DNA of 64,000 bases, taken from positions 55,045-119,044 of the IMG/VR virus record IMGVR_UViG_3300042503_002645; one strand, 5' to 3'. Below are positions 49,058 to 57,242 of the stretch, in pieces. This DNA comes from a virus. The position numbers and the translations under genes are program-made. Within the stretch, counting starts at the first letter, position 1. Every line of letters starts with the position of its first letter. The notes beneath the pieces were generated by a model. It did no database searches and had not been told where the DNA came from. It saw only the letters and a list, made by a program, of their open reading frames with translations.

Positions 49058-49505
49058 AGACGCGCACCACTTCGAGACCGGGGCTGTTCGTTCTGCTGAC
49101 CGAGACGCTGAGCGCTGGGATTTGATATCCCCAGTTGGCTTGAAGGCTTTGGCGCGCACGTACGCCGAGGGCGCGGCCAAGCGCGGCGCATCGAACTGGG
49201 AGAACGGGATGCCTGTCACCGATTTGCTGAACCACGCAATCGGCCACATCTACGATTTCCTGTCGGGCGACCGCAACGAGGATCACCTGGCGCATGCCGC
49301 CTGGAACGTGATCGGCGCGATCCACAGCCTCGAGGTGTGGCCGGAATTGAATGCGGGCTTGCTGCGGGGGCCAGGCTGCACTTGCCCGCCCGCCGCCGCG
49401 AAGCCCGCGGCCAACGGTGAAAAGATATCTTTGGGCCCGAACGAAGTCAGGCAACGGCTGGAGCAGCTCACGAAGAAGACGCCAGCCTACGAAAGCTCGA
49501 CCTGA
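49050..49505 (+). CDS. dATP/dGTP diphosphohydrolase domain protein (DUF5664-like)
   Basis: 'FETGAVRS...RWDLI...LA..YAEGA.K.G..NWE.GMP...EDHLAHAAWN'. Confidence 0.8.
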   Translation: MSEDAHHFETGAVRSADRDAERWDLISPVGLKALARTYAEGAAKRGASNWENGMPVTDLLNHAIGHIYDFLSGDRNEDHLAHAAWNVIGAIHSLEVWPELNAGLLRGPGCTCPPAAAKPAANGEKISLGPNEVRQRLEQLTKKTPAYESST

Positions 49506-50417
49506 TCATTCGAGGTTGCCCTCCGCGTCAGCGCCGTTGAACTTCGGATCAGGCGCCAAGCGTGGAATCTTGTCGCATGGCATATCGGTCCGCACGATTC
49601 GCGGATCGATGTACTTCCGCGTCACCGAGGAGTTCGAGTGGTCGAGCAGCCGCGTCGCATCGCCCCCTGCCTGCTCGAAGTAGGTCGCGACGGTCCGCCG
49701 GATCCGGTGGAACTTGCTGCGCTGATCACGCGGCAGCCCGGCTTGCTTGAGGATGTAGTTCAGCTTGTAGTAGATGTGCGTCGACCACTGCGGCCACTCG
49801 AAGACCAGCGCGCGCTGCGGTCGCCCCGCGGTGAGCTGCTTGATCGTTGCCGTCGTGTCTGGCGCCAGCTCAAACAGCAGATCGCGCGTCTTGTTCTTGC
49901 GCAGCTCGGCGGGGATGACCAGCACGCCGCGGCTTAGATCCAGGTTGCGGATCCGCACGCCCATCAGCGCGCCGATCCGTTCGCCGGTATCCCAGATGGC
50001 CAGGATCAACCCGCGCCACCAAAGGCTGGCCGGGTAATCGCCGACCTGGTAGTTGAGCGCACTGACGGCGCTCATGATGCGTGTCATCTCTTCGATGGTC
50101 CACGCCTGCGGCACGCGCTCGGGTACCCGTATAGGCGGCAAGGTCGGAAAATCCGCTGTCTTGTGCCTTCTGGCCGCAAGATTCCACAGCGCGGCGATCT
50201 GCGCCCTATCCTTGGCTACAGTCCCCTGGCTTGCGCCCTTGGCAAGCCTTGCGCGGAGGAACTTCCCCACCGTGATGTCGGTGAGGTCGTCGAACGTGGG
50301 CGTGTGCCCCAGAAACTCGCGGAAGCGATCGAGACTCTGCCTGTACAACTCCACCGTCCGCGGCGCACAGTTGCGCAGCGGCACGTACGCATCGGTCAGC
50401 CAATCGTAAAGGTCCAT
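49506..50417 (-). CDS. Tyrosine recombinase/integrase
   Basis: Catalytic set R (TGERIGA), K, HxxR (FHRIRR), H (LLDHS), Y (TRKYID). Confidence 0.9.
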   Translation of the reverse strand: MDLYDWLTDAYVPLRNCAPRTVELYRQSLDRFREFLGHTPTFDDLTDITVGKFLRARLAKGASQGTVAKDRAQIAALWNLAARRHKTADFPTLPPIRVPERVPQAWTIEEMTRIMSAVSALNYQVGDYPASLWWRGLILAIWDTGERIGALMGVRIRNLDLSRGVLVIPAELRKNKTRDLLFELAPDTTATIKQLTAGRPQRALVFEWPQWSTHIYYKLNYILKQAGLPRDQRSKFHRIRRTVATYFEQAGGDATRLLDHSNSSVTRKYIDPRIVRTDMPCDKIPRLAPDPKFNGADAEGNLE

Positions 50418-50873
50418 GGACGTACCCCGGGCTACAGCGATGTTCTCTCACGGCATCAGCTCCTGTGCGCTGGTGGGTGCAGTGTCTGACTGCGGTCCGG
50501 GTAGGGTATCTGCCTACCCCACACATTGCACAAGTATCGGCAGCCGAAACCGTGAAGTTTCGACAGCCATCCGTGTCGGCACCCAGCCTGGGTTGTCCGG
50601 AGTAGGCCGCGTAAACAGCCGACTCACCATCATGGATACAACCGGAATGTCCGGCCAAGAAAAAAGATGATCTGCGAAGAAAGCTTCAACTTTCTCTCAA
50701 GATCAGAACTTTGTCCTCTCCGTTCGAACCGCCCATAAGGGTGGTGAACTCGGATATTCCCTTATCCGAACCACCTGTAAGTGGTGGTTTAGGGCCGTTT
50801 TCGGCCCGCGCGCTTAGGCTGCGCGCCCGTACAGAGCGCGCAATTCTAGCTCTCCTTTCGAACGGTTCAACCC

Positions 50874-51137
50874 ATGCCCCAGAAAAATTCACGCGGGCGT
50901 CGTGAAGTGATTCAAGAGGTGCAGCGGACATTCGTGTCCACCGCAAAGGCCGCTGAGATTCTGGGCTACTCAAAGTCCTCCGGCACCATCCAGCGGTTGA
51001 TTAACGACGGGTTGATCGAAGCCGAGCACGGCCCGGGGCACGGCCTGCTCGTCTACCTTGATTCGGTGCACGCCTATCTCGAGCACCATCTTCGACATCG
51101 CCACGGGCCTGGACGCCCGCGGGGCGCGCAGCTCTAA
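50874..51137 (+). CDS. Excisionase-like HTH protein
   Basis: 'VSTAKAAEILG....TIQRLI..GLI.A' plus an AT-hook-like 'GRPRG'; divergent from the integrase. Start may be 50907. Confidence 0.6.
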   Translation: MPQKNSRGRREVIQEVQRTFVSTAKAAEILGYSKSSGTIQRLINDGLIEAEHGPGHGLLVYLDSVHAYLEHHLRHRHGPGRPRGAQL

Positions 51138-51148
51138 CGCGGGTCGAT

Positions 51149-51238
51149 TTTCACAGAACGAAGTGAAACATTTCAAGCGCCCAGGTTATTTCTTGGGCGC
51201 TCTTGAATTCTCGTTTTCACAAACTATTGTGAAAACGA
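51149..51238. promoter_or_regulatory. Two TTTCAC-N8-GTGAAA inverted-repeat sites
   Basis: 51149-51168 and 51215-51234; the second extends to a perfect 12-bp inverted repeat at 51211-51238. Confidence 0.6.
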
Positions 51239-51316
51239 AACGCACGCTGCACGCTGCAGCGCGCAGTTATCTCGTTGCCAACCATGAAGGTTTTTTCTCG
51301 TAAGCGGAGTTTTTTC

Positions 51317-51682
51317 ATGCCGTTCAAGCCCTACAAGCCGACCAAGGCCGACGCCGCGCGCGCCGTAGCCGCGCAACTCAAGGCCGCGGGTCAGCCCCCA
51401 CTCCCGCAGGCCGTCCTCGCAATCCTCGAGCAGCGGGGCATCAAGATGGACCCCGGCCACTGCTCGGTGATCACGCGCGAGTTTCGCAAGAGCCTCCGCC
51501 GCGCCCGGAAGCGCCAGGCCACCAAGGTGTCGACCAGCCGCCCCACTCCGGCGCCCACCATTACCGCCGACGCCCGCCTCCTCGCGGCGGCGCAGTTCGC
51601 GAAGAGCTGCGGCGGCTTCCTGCAGGCCAAGAAAACGCTCGCCGAGCTGACGCAGATCCTTGCCCCGCTCGTCCGACCGTGA
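51317..51682 (+). CDS. Planctomycete-type small basic DNA-binding-like protein, paralog A
   Basis: 'TKADAAR...PQAV...L..RGI......SVI' and C-terminal 'LLAAAQFAKSCGG...AKKTLAEL'. Confidence 0.6.
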   Translation: MPFKPYKPTKADAARAVAAQLKAAGQPPLPQAVLAILEQRGIKMDPGHCSVITREFRKSLRRARKRQATKVSTSRPTPAPTITADARLLAAAQFAKSCGGFLQAKKTLAELTQILAPLVRP

Positions 51683-51726
51683 GATAAATCACACAAGCGT
51701 GTGAAGTTCAATCCGCAGGAACCACC

Positions 51727-52449
51727 ATGACCAACAACGAAGCTGCCGACCTGTGGAATTCGAGCGAACCGTTCGAAAACCAGTCGCGGCCAGAACCCAA
51801 GGCAAGGAAGGCCAAACCAGGCACGGAAGCCGAGATCGTCCTACCCGAAACCGACGAAGAGTTCGCGCCCGAGCCCGATACGCTCGGCGAACTGATTGAC
51901 GGCAGCGAAGACGACATCTCTTATCTTGAGGAGCAGGCTACACCTGTTCCGGTCGCGAGCGCTGTTGCTCGAGACAATCGTGCCCGAGTAGTGGCTGCTG
52001 TTGCCGCCGCTGCTCAAAAAAGGAGTACAGCCCCCATGGCTGAAACGAAGACGAAGGTCGAGTCGATTCGCGAAGAGATCGCCCGGCGGAAGAACGCAGG
52101 GGAAGAGAACATTCGCCCGCGCGACGTGATTGCGTCCCTCGCTGAGCGGGGCGTCACGGTGACCGCACCCCAGGTCAGCGTCGCCCTGCGCAACGTGACG
52201 ACCTCGATCGTCGAGCGGAACGGCAAGGCGCCCGCCAAGGCGACCAAGCCCACCACGGCCGCGGAGAAGCCTGCCAAGCGCGTCCTAGCCCGCGTGACCG
52301 CCAACGCGCCTACGCCCGCGCCCGCGGCCAACGGACCGTCCTACGCGGCTCTCGAGGCCACGGCGGCGTTCGTGCAGAACAACGGCGGCCTGGAGACGGC
52401 CCGTACCCTGCTCGACGCCTACGCCCGCCTGTTCAATCCGGCGGGCTGA
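51727..52449 (+). CDS. Paralog B with an acidic N-terminal extension (internal start at 52036 possible)
   Basis: 'TKVESIR...PRDVIASLAERGV......VSVAL' and 'LEATAAFVQNNGGLETARTLL'. Confidence 0.6.
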   Translation: MTNNEAADLWNSSEPFENQSRPEPKARKAKPGTEAEIVLPETDEEFAPEPDTLGELIDGSEDDISYLEEQATPVPVASAVARDNRARVVAAVAAAAQKRSTAPMAETKTKVESIREEIARRKNAGEENIRPRDVIASLAERGVTVTAPQVSVALRNVTTSIVERNGKAPAKATKPTTAAEKPAKRVLARVTANAPTPAPAANGPSYAALEATAAFVQNNGGLETARTLLDAYARLFNPAG

Positions 52450-52596
52450 TCAAGCCTTCCTGTCGCCTGCGGCGTCCGGGGTTCCCGGACGTGTCACCAC
52501 ACGCCTGCCCCATCGGGGCCCCGGCGCCGCGGGTCCGATTCCTGGGCACTCTGCCCGCTCGCGCGGCCTATCTGCCGCGCGCACTAAGGAGGTTCT

Positions 52597-52875
52597 ATGC
52601 CAACGGCCTGTCCGTCGCCGCCGCGCGACCCTACCGCGCTGGTTATGCCCGCGGGGACCATCAAACGTATCCACGTGAATCAGCACATCATCCGCGCCAA
52701 CGTCAAAGCCAAGACCGACAACCCCGGGGTTACGGTCCAGTGGCGCGGCAAGAGCTATGTCGCTCGCGCCGTCGTCATTCGCGGCACAAGTACCGTAATG
52801 CAGCGAATGAACAAGCCGCTGAGCTGCGGCGCCCGCATCTGGATTCAAACTCGCGCCGAGGTGGAGATCTTATGA
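52597..52875 (+). CDS. Conserved phage protein ('RIHVNQH.IRAN...PLSCGARIWI.T')
   Basis: AAGGAGG SD; recognisable phage motif. Confidence 0.75.
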   Translation: MPTACPSPPRDPTALVMPAGTIKRIHVNQHIIRANVKAKTDNPGVTVQWRGKSYVARAVVIRGTSTVMQRMNKPLSCGARIWIQTRAEVEIL

Positions 52876-53183
52876 GCCAGTATCACGAAACACAACGCGA
52901 CGAAGATCGAGCCGCGCTGAGCAACGCGCTGCAGTACATCGACAACTTGCGCGCTACTTTTGGCGACGTAATCGCTATCCCTGAAGTCGTGACGATTGAA
53001 GATGTTTGTGGCCTCGCTCTGGACACCACTAAGGGGCCACAGCAGGTCGGAGATGTTTGTAGCCGCGAGGAAATCGTCGCCATTCTTAAAGCGATCGAGA
53101 ACAACCCCTGCGGCGATATCGCCCTGATTGCGCAGCTTGCATTGAACGAGTATCGAGAAACCAACCTCACCAACAAGGAGTGA
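52872..53183 (+). CDS. Hypothetical protein
   Basis: GGAG SD; ATGA coupling. Confidence 0.55.
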   Translation: MSQYHETQRDEDRAALSNALQYIDNLRATFGDVIAIPEVVTIEDVCGLALDTTKGPQQVGDVCSREEIVAILKAIENNPCGDIALIAQLALNEYRETNLTNKE

Positions 53184-53186
53184 CCC

Positions 53187-53549
53187 ATGAGTCACATCGT
53201 GCAGATCAAGACGGAAGTGAAGGACGAGATGGCGGTCCGGGCGGCGTGTCTCCGCCTCAAGTGGGAGCAGCCCACCTTTGGCGATTTCCGCGTCTACGCC
53301 GTCACCCGTACCGGCTTGGGCGTGAAGCTCCCGGGCTGGTCGTTCCCGGTCGTCTGCAACCTGCAGACCGGCGCCGTGGATTACGACAACTTCAACGGCA
53401 GCTGGGGCGCGCAGAAGACGCTCGACCAGTTCATGCAGGCCTATACGATCGAGAAGGCGAAGCTGGAAGCCGCCAAGATGGGCTACAGCGTCTATGAGGA
53501 GTCGCTCGTCGACGGCTCCGTGAAGCTCACCGTCAACGTGGAAGGTTGA
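53187..53549 (+). CDS. DUF1257 (Ycf35-like) protein
   Basis: 'MSHIVQIKTEVKD..A...AC..L...YDNFNG.WG.......Q.Y..E...G.V.L'. Confidence 0.8.
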   Translation: MSHIVQIKTEVKDEMAVRAACLRLKWEQPTFGDFRVYAVTRTGLGVKLPGWSFPVVCNLQTGAVDYDNFNGSWGAQKTLDQFMQAYTIEKAKLEAAKMGYSVYEESLVDGSVKLTVNVEG

Positions 53550-53555
53550 AGAAAC

Positions 53556-53744
53556 ATGAAGACCATCGAAATCGTCGTGTCGCCCAAGGGCGAGAGCAAG
53601 ATCGAGACCAAGGGTTTCTCCGGAGCGGGCTGCCAGGAGGCCACCCGCGCGATGGAGCAGGCGCTCGGCGCCAAGACGAGCGAGACGCTCACCGGTGAGT
53701 ACTACACCGAGGTCAACACCAATCACATCGAAGCCCAGAACTGA
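53556..53744 (+). CDS. DUF2997 protein
   Basis: 'IEIVVSPKGE.KIET.GF.G..C..AT..MEQALG....E.LT.EYY'. Confidence 0.85.
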   Translation: MKTIEIVVSPKGESKIETKGFSGAGCQEATRAMEQALGAKTSETLTGEYYTEVNTNHIEAQN

Positions 53745-53764
53745 CCCTCAACCAAGGAAACACG

Positions 53765-55258
53765 ATGAGCCTGCCGCAGCAGATCAAGGAGCTCGTTTGC
53801 GCCGGTTTTTCCGGCATCTGGGTCGACACCCAGGAATCTGATGATGCCATCGCTTCGGTCAAGAAGCTCTGCGAGGAGCGCGACTGGGGTTTCGAAGTCT
53901 GGGACTTGGATCGCCAGCTGTACAACCACAACGCCACCGCCGCCCCCGGCCCGGTGCAGGCGCTGCGCTGGCTCGATACGCCCGACGCGCGGACCAAGAG
54001 CACCCAGCTGCTCGTCCTGAAGAACTTCCACAAGTACCTGCCCAACCCAGAGGTGATGCAGGTCCTGCAAAACCGGATCGTCACGGGCAAGGCCATCGGC
54101 CAGCACGTCGTGGTGCTCTCGCCGGTGCTCCAGCTCCAGCCCGAGATCGAAAAGCTGTTCACCGTGGTGCATCACGAGTTGCCCACCCGCGAGCAGCTCA
54201 CGACGATCGCCAACGATCTGTTCACCGGCGAGGGGAACACGTTCGAGCGGCCAACCGACGAGGTGATCGCCAACGTCGTCGATGCCGCCTCGGGCATGAC
54301 GCGGCTCGAGGCCGAGAACGCGTTCGCGCTCTCGATGGTCCGGCACAACACGCTCAACCCGGACGTGATCTGGAACCTCAAGGCCCAGACGCTCGAGAAG
54401 GCGGGCACGCTCAGCCTCTACCGTGGCGACGCGACGTTCGACGCCCTCGGCGGCCTGGACAACCTCAAGCAGTTCTGCATCCGCGCCATGAAGCGCCAGG
54501 GCGAGGCGGACCCAGAGAAGCGGCCGCGGGGCGTGCTGCTCCTGTCGCCGCCGGGCTGCGGCAAGTCGCAGTTCGCCAAGGCGCTGGGCAACGAGGTCGG
54601 GCGGCCCACGGTCGTCCTGGACTTCGGCTCGCTCATGGGCAAGTTCGTCGGCGAGTCGGAGGGCAACATTCGCCGGGCGCTGGCCCTGGTGGACGCCATG
54701 GCGCCCTGCATCCTGTTTTGCGACGAGATCGAGAAAGGCCTCTCGGGCGTCGGCTCGAGCGGCCAGACCGACTCCGGCGTGACGGCGCGCCTGTTTGGCA
54801 CGTTCCTCACGTGGCTCAATGACCACAAGAGCGACGTGTTCTTCATCGGCACCTGCAACGACGCCAGCAAGCTGCCGCCGGAGTTCACCCGCGCGGAGCG
54901 TTTCGACGGCGTGTTCTTCGTGGACCTGCCCGGCGCGGCAGCGCGGAGCTACATCTGGGAGCTCTACCTCAACAAGTTCGGCATCGACAAGACCCAGCCC
55001 AAGCCGGACGACAGCAACTGGACGGGCGCCGAGATCAAGTCGTGCTGCCGCCTGGCCGCGCTTCTGGACGTCTCGCTCGTCGAGGCCGCGCAGAACGTGG
55101 TCCCAGTGGCCGTGACCAACGCTGATTCCATCGCCAACCTGCGGACCTGGGCCGACGGCCGCTGCATCTCGGCCGATGCCAGGGGTTACTTCAAGAAGGC
55201 GGCCAAGGCAATCACCGAGCCCGCCACCCGGCGCCGCGTTGCGCCCAGCTCGAATTGA
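53765..55258 (+). CDS. AAA+ ATPase, Ycf46-like
   Basis: Walker A 'PPGCGKS', Walker B 'LFCDEIEK', SRH 'LPPEFTRAERFD..FFVDLP'. Confidence 0.9.
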   Translation: MSLPQQIKELVCAGFSGIWVDTQESDDAIASVKKLCEERDWGFEVWDLDRQLYNHNATAAPGPVQALRWLDTPDARTKSTQLLVLKNFHKYLPNPEVMQVLQNRIVTGKAIGQHVVVLSPVLQLQPEIEKLFTVVHHELPTREQLTTIANDLFTGEGNTFERPTDEVIANVVDAASGMTRLEAENAFALSMVRHNTLNPDVIWNLKAQTLEKAGTLSLYRGDATFDALGGLDNLKQFCIRAMKRQGEADPEKRPRGVLLLSPPGCGKSQFAKALGNEVGRPTVVLDFGSLMGKFVGESEGNIRRALALVDAMAPCILFCDEIEKGLSGVGSSGQTDSGVTARLFGTFLTWLNDHKSDVFFIGTCNDASKLPPEFTRAERFDGVFFVDLPGAAARSYIWELYLNKFGIDKTQPKPDDSNWTGAEIKSCCRLAALLDVSLVEAAQNVVPVAVTNADSIANLRTWADGRCISADARGYFKKAAKAITEPATRRRVAPSSN

Positions 55259-55269
55259 AAGATATCTTT

Positions 55270-55303
55270 GCGCCCGGCGGTGGCTGTGTAGCTGCCGCCG
55301 GGC
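55270..55303 (+). terminator. GC-rich hairpin after the AAA gene
   Basis: gcccggcgg...ccgccgggc stem; no U-tract on the + strand. Confidence 0.45.
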
Positions 55304-55342
55304 CGGGAAAGAAACAGCCATGACCAACTGGAGCCAGGAACG

Positions 55343-55795
55343 ATGAACGAGCCGATCATGAAGCGCTGGGTTACGGCCCTGCGCAGCGGCGATTACCAGC
55401 AGAGCCGTGGCGCGCTGCGTAGCACAACCGCGGACGACAAGGAGTTGGGCAATAACTTTTGCTGCCTGGGCGTGCTCTGTGATCTTTACGCCAAAGAACA
55501 CCCGAACGCGGCCTGGGTCCGCGGCGACGACGACTCCACCTGTTGGTTTGACGCCAACACGGGCCCCGCCCCAGCCGCCGACGATGAAACGCTGCCGGAG
55601 GCCGTGCGACAATGGGCTGACATGAACGACGGACTTGGTCGCTTAAAGACCGAAGAAACTGTCGCCAAACTGCAAGCGTTGCTCCCGGACCACAAGAAAA
55701 AATCTTGGATGACCAGCCTCGCGGACATCAACGACGACGGCGTGCCGTTTCCACAGATCGCCGATTTCATCGAACAGAACTGGCAAGACCTTTGA
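55343..55795 (+). CDS. Phage protein, tandem paralog 1 ('WV.ALRSG.Y.Q..G.L...FCCLGVLCDL...ND.G..F.QIADFIE')
   Basis: Motif shared with the next gene. Confidence 0.75.
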   Translation: MNEPIMKRWVTALRSGDYQQSRGALRSTTADDKELGNNFCCLGVLCDLYAKEHPNAAWVRGDDDSTCWFDANTGPAPAADDETLPEAVRQWADMNDGLGRLKTEETVAKLQALLPDHKKKSWMTSLADINDDGVPFPQIADFIEQNWQDL

Positions 55796-55802
55796 GGCCA
55801 AC

Positions 55803-56264
55803 ATGAAACAGGAAGTAGCAGAGAAGTGGGTCGCAGCACTGCGCAGCGGTGAGTACCAGCAGGGCCACGGCCGCCTGCGAGACACAAATACGGAGGAAGT
55901 CGGCGGCGATAAGCAAATTACACCCGGAGCGCGTTTCTGCTGTTTGGGTGTGCTCTGCGATCTGTACGCCAAGGAACACCCAAACGCGCAATGGATTCCC
56001 GAAACGGATCCAGGCGAGGACGAGTGCCTGTTTGCGCCGGATATCACGTCAGCTCACGTTGCCGCGGACGGCGACAAATTCGTCTTGCCGTCGATGGTGC
56101 GTGACTGGTCAGGAGTGCGTGAAACCGACGGCACGCCCAGCACGTTGGCCGCCGCCGACGAGCTAAGGAAATTCAACAGCAGCGCGCTTACAGAAGCCAA
56201 CGATAGAAACGTCACGTTCAAACAAATCGCAGATTTCATCGAGCAAAACTGGCAAGCCCTGTAA
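55803..56264 (+). CDS. Phage protein, tandem paralog 2
   Basis: Same motifs as 55343..55795. Confidence 0.75.
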   Translation: MKQEVAEKWVAALRSGEYQQGHGRLRDTNTEEVGGDKQITPGARFCCLGVLCDLYAKEHPNAQWIPETDPGEDECLFAPDITSAHVAADGDKFVLPSMVRDWSGVRETDGTPSTLAAADELRKFNSSALTEANDRNVTFKQIADFIEQNWQAL

Positions 56265-56282
56265 ACACCCTAGGAGGTACGT

Positions 56283-57242
56283 GTGAGCACGACTCTCGAA
56301 GCCCCGCCGGAAGCCCCGGCGGGCGACGGCGCCCCGATCGCTGACGCAGCGCAGGAGATGCGCGCCAGCATGGGCGCGGTCGAACTGTCGTTCACTTGGC
56401 TCGGCACCCAGCGCAAGCTGGAAGACCGGCAGACCAAGCAGGCCGCCGATACGTTTCACGCCGACGCCAAGAGCGTGCGCGCCAGCAAGGTGCTCATCGA
56501 CTCGAAGCACCCGGCGTACAAGGCGGCCACTATCATTCGCAGCCAGGCCCGGAGTTTCCTCCGCGGCATCAGCCTGCCCTATCCGCAAGAAGGCGTTCGC
56601 CTGATCAAGCTCTCTGATATTGATCGCTTCGAGGCGCAGATGCGCGAGTTCCGCCAGCGGCTGGACGACGCCGTGGCGACGCTCACCGAGCACTACGACG
56701 CGATCAAGGCCAACGCCCGCGAGCGCCTCGGGGACCTCTACAACCCGACCGACTACCCCAACAACCTCGACGGGGTGTTCAGCCTCACGTGGGAGTATCC
56801 GTCGATCGAGCCGCCGGAATACCTGCTCCACTACAACCCGCAGCTCTACCAGCAGAAGCAGGCCGAGGTGCGCGACCGGTTTGAGCAAGCGGTGATCCTG
56901 GCTGAGAACGCGTTCGGCGAACGACTCCAGGAGCTGATCGATCACCTGCTCGAGCGCCTCCGCGGCGTCGAGACAGGCGATACAAAGCGATTCTCGAACG
57001 CGACCGTGGAGAACTTCACCGAGTTTGCGGCCGAGTTCCGGAAGATGAACATCCGCGGCAACACGCAGCTCGAGGCGCTGGTGGACCGCGCCCAGGCCGT
57101 CGTGGCGGGCGTTGATTCCAAGGCGGTCAAGGCCAACGGCGACCTCCGGCAGACGCTCTCGACCCAGATGGGCGAAGTGCGCGACGCGTTGGACACTCTT
57201 CTGGCCAACCAGCCTCGTCGCCGCGTCATGCGGATGGACTGA
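56283..57242 (+). CDS. Helical hypothetical protein (DUF3150-like, typical neighbour of the AAA cluster)
   Basis: AGGAGG SD; 'ARERLGDLYNPTDYP'. Confidence 0.65.
   Translation: MSTTLEAPPEAPAGDGAPIADAAQEMRASMGAVELSFTWLGTQRKLEDRQTKQAADTFHADAKSVRASKVLIDSKHPAYKAATIIRSQARSFLRGISLPYPQEGVRLIKLSDIDRFEAQMREFRQRLDDAVATLTEHYDAIKANARERLGDLYNPTDYPNNLDGVFSLTWEYPSIEPPEYLLHYNPQLYQQKQAEVRDRFEQAVILAENAFGERLQELIDHLLERLRGVETGDTKRFSNATVENFTEFAAEFRKMNIRGNTQLEALVDRAQAVVAGVDSKAVKANGDLRQTLSTQMGEVRDALDTLLANQPRRRVMRMD

Noticed and set aside
50416-50670. 84-aa + strand ORF opposite the integrase start
   Set aside because: No SD, atypical codon use and no motif; probably non-coding regulatory DNA.
50700-50870. Possible tRNA (GTTCGAA T-loop-like sequence)
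   Set aside because: I could not build a cloverleaf with acceptor, D and anticodon arms; kept only as a structured region.
53723-55612. Long antisense ORFs (629 aa here; also 15018..16652, 28244..29440, 45785..47017)
   Set aside because: Typical shadow ORFs opposite GC3-biased genes with clear family motifs.
8347-56045. About 12 other GATATC hexamers (e.g. 8347, 16203, 24100, 49123)
   Set aside because: They lack the six A/T flanks and are roughly compatible with background Asp-Ile coding; not counted in the motif set.
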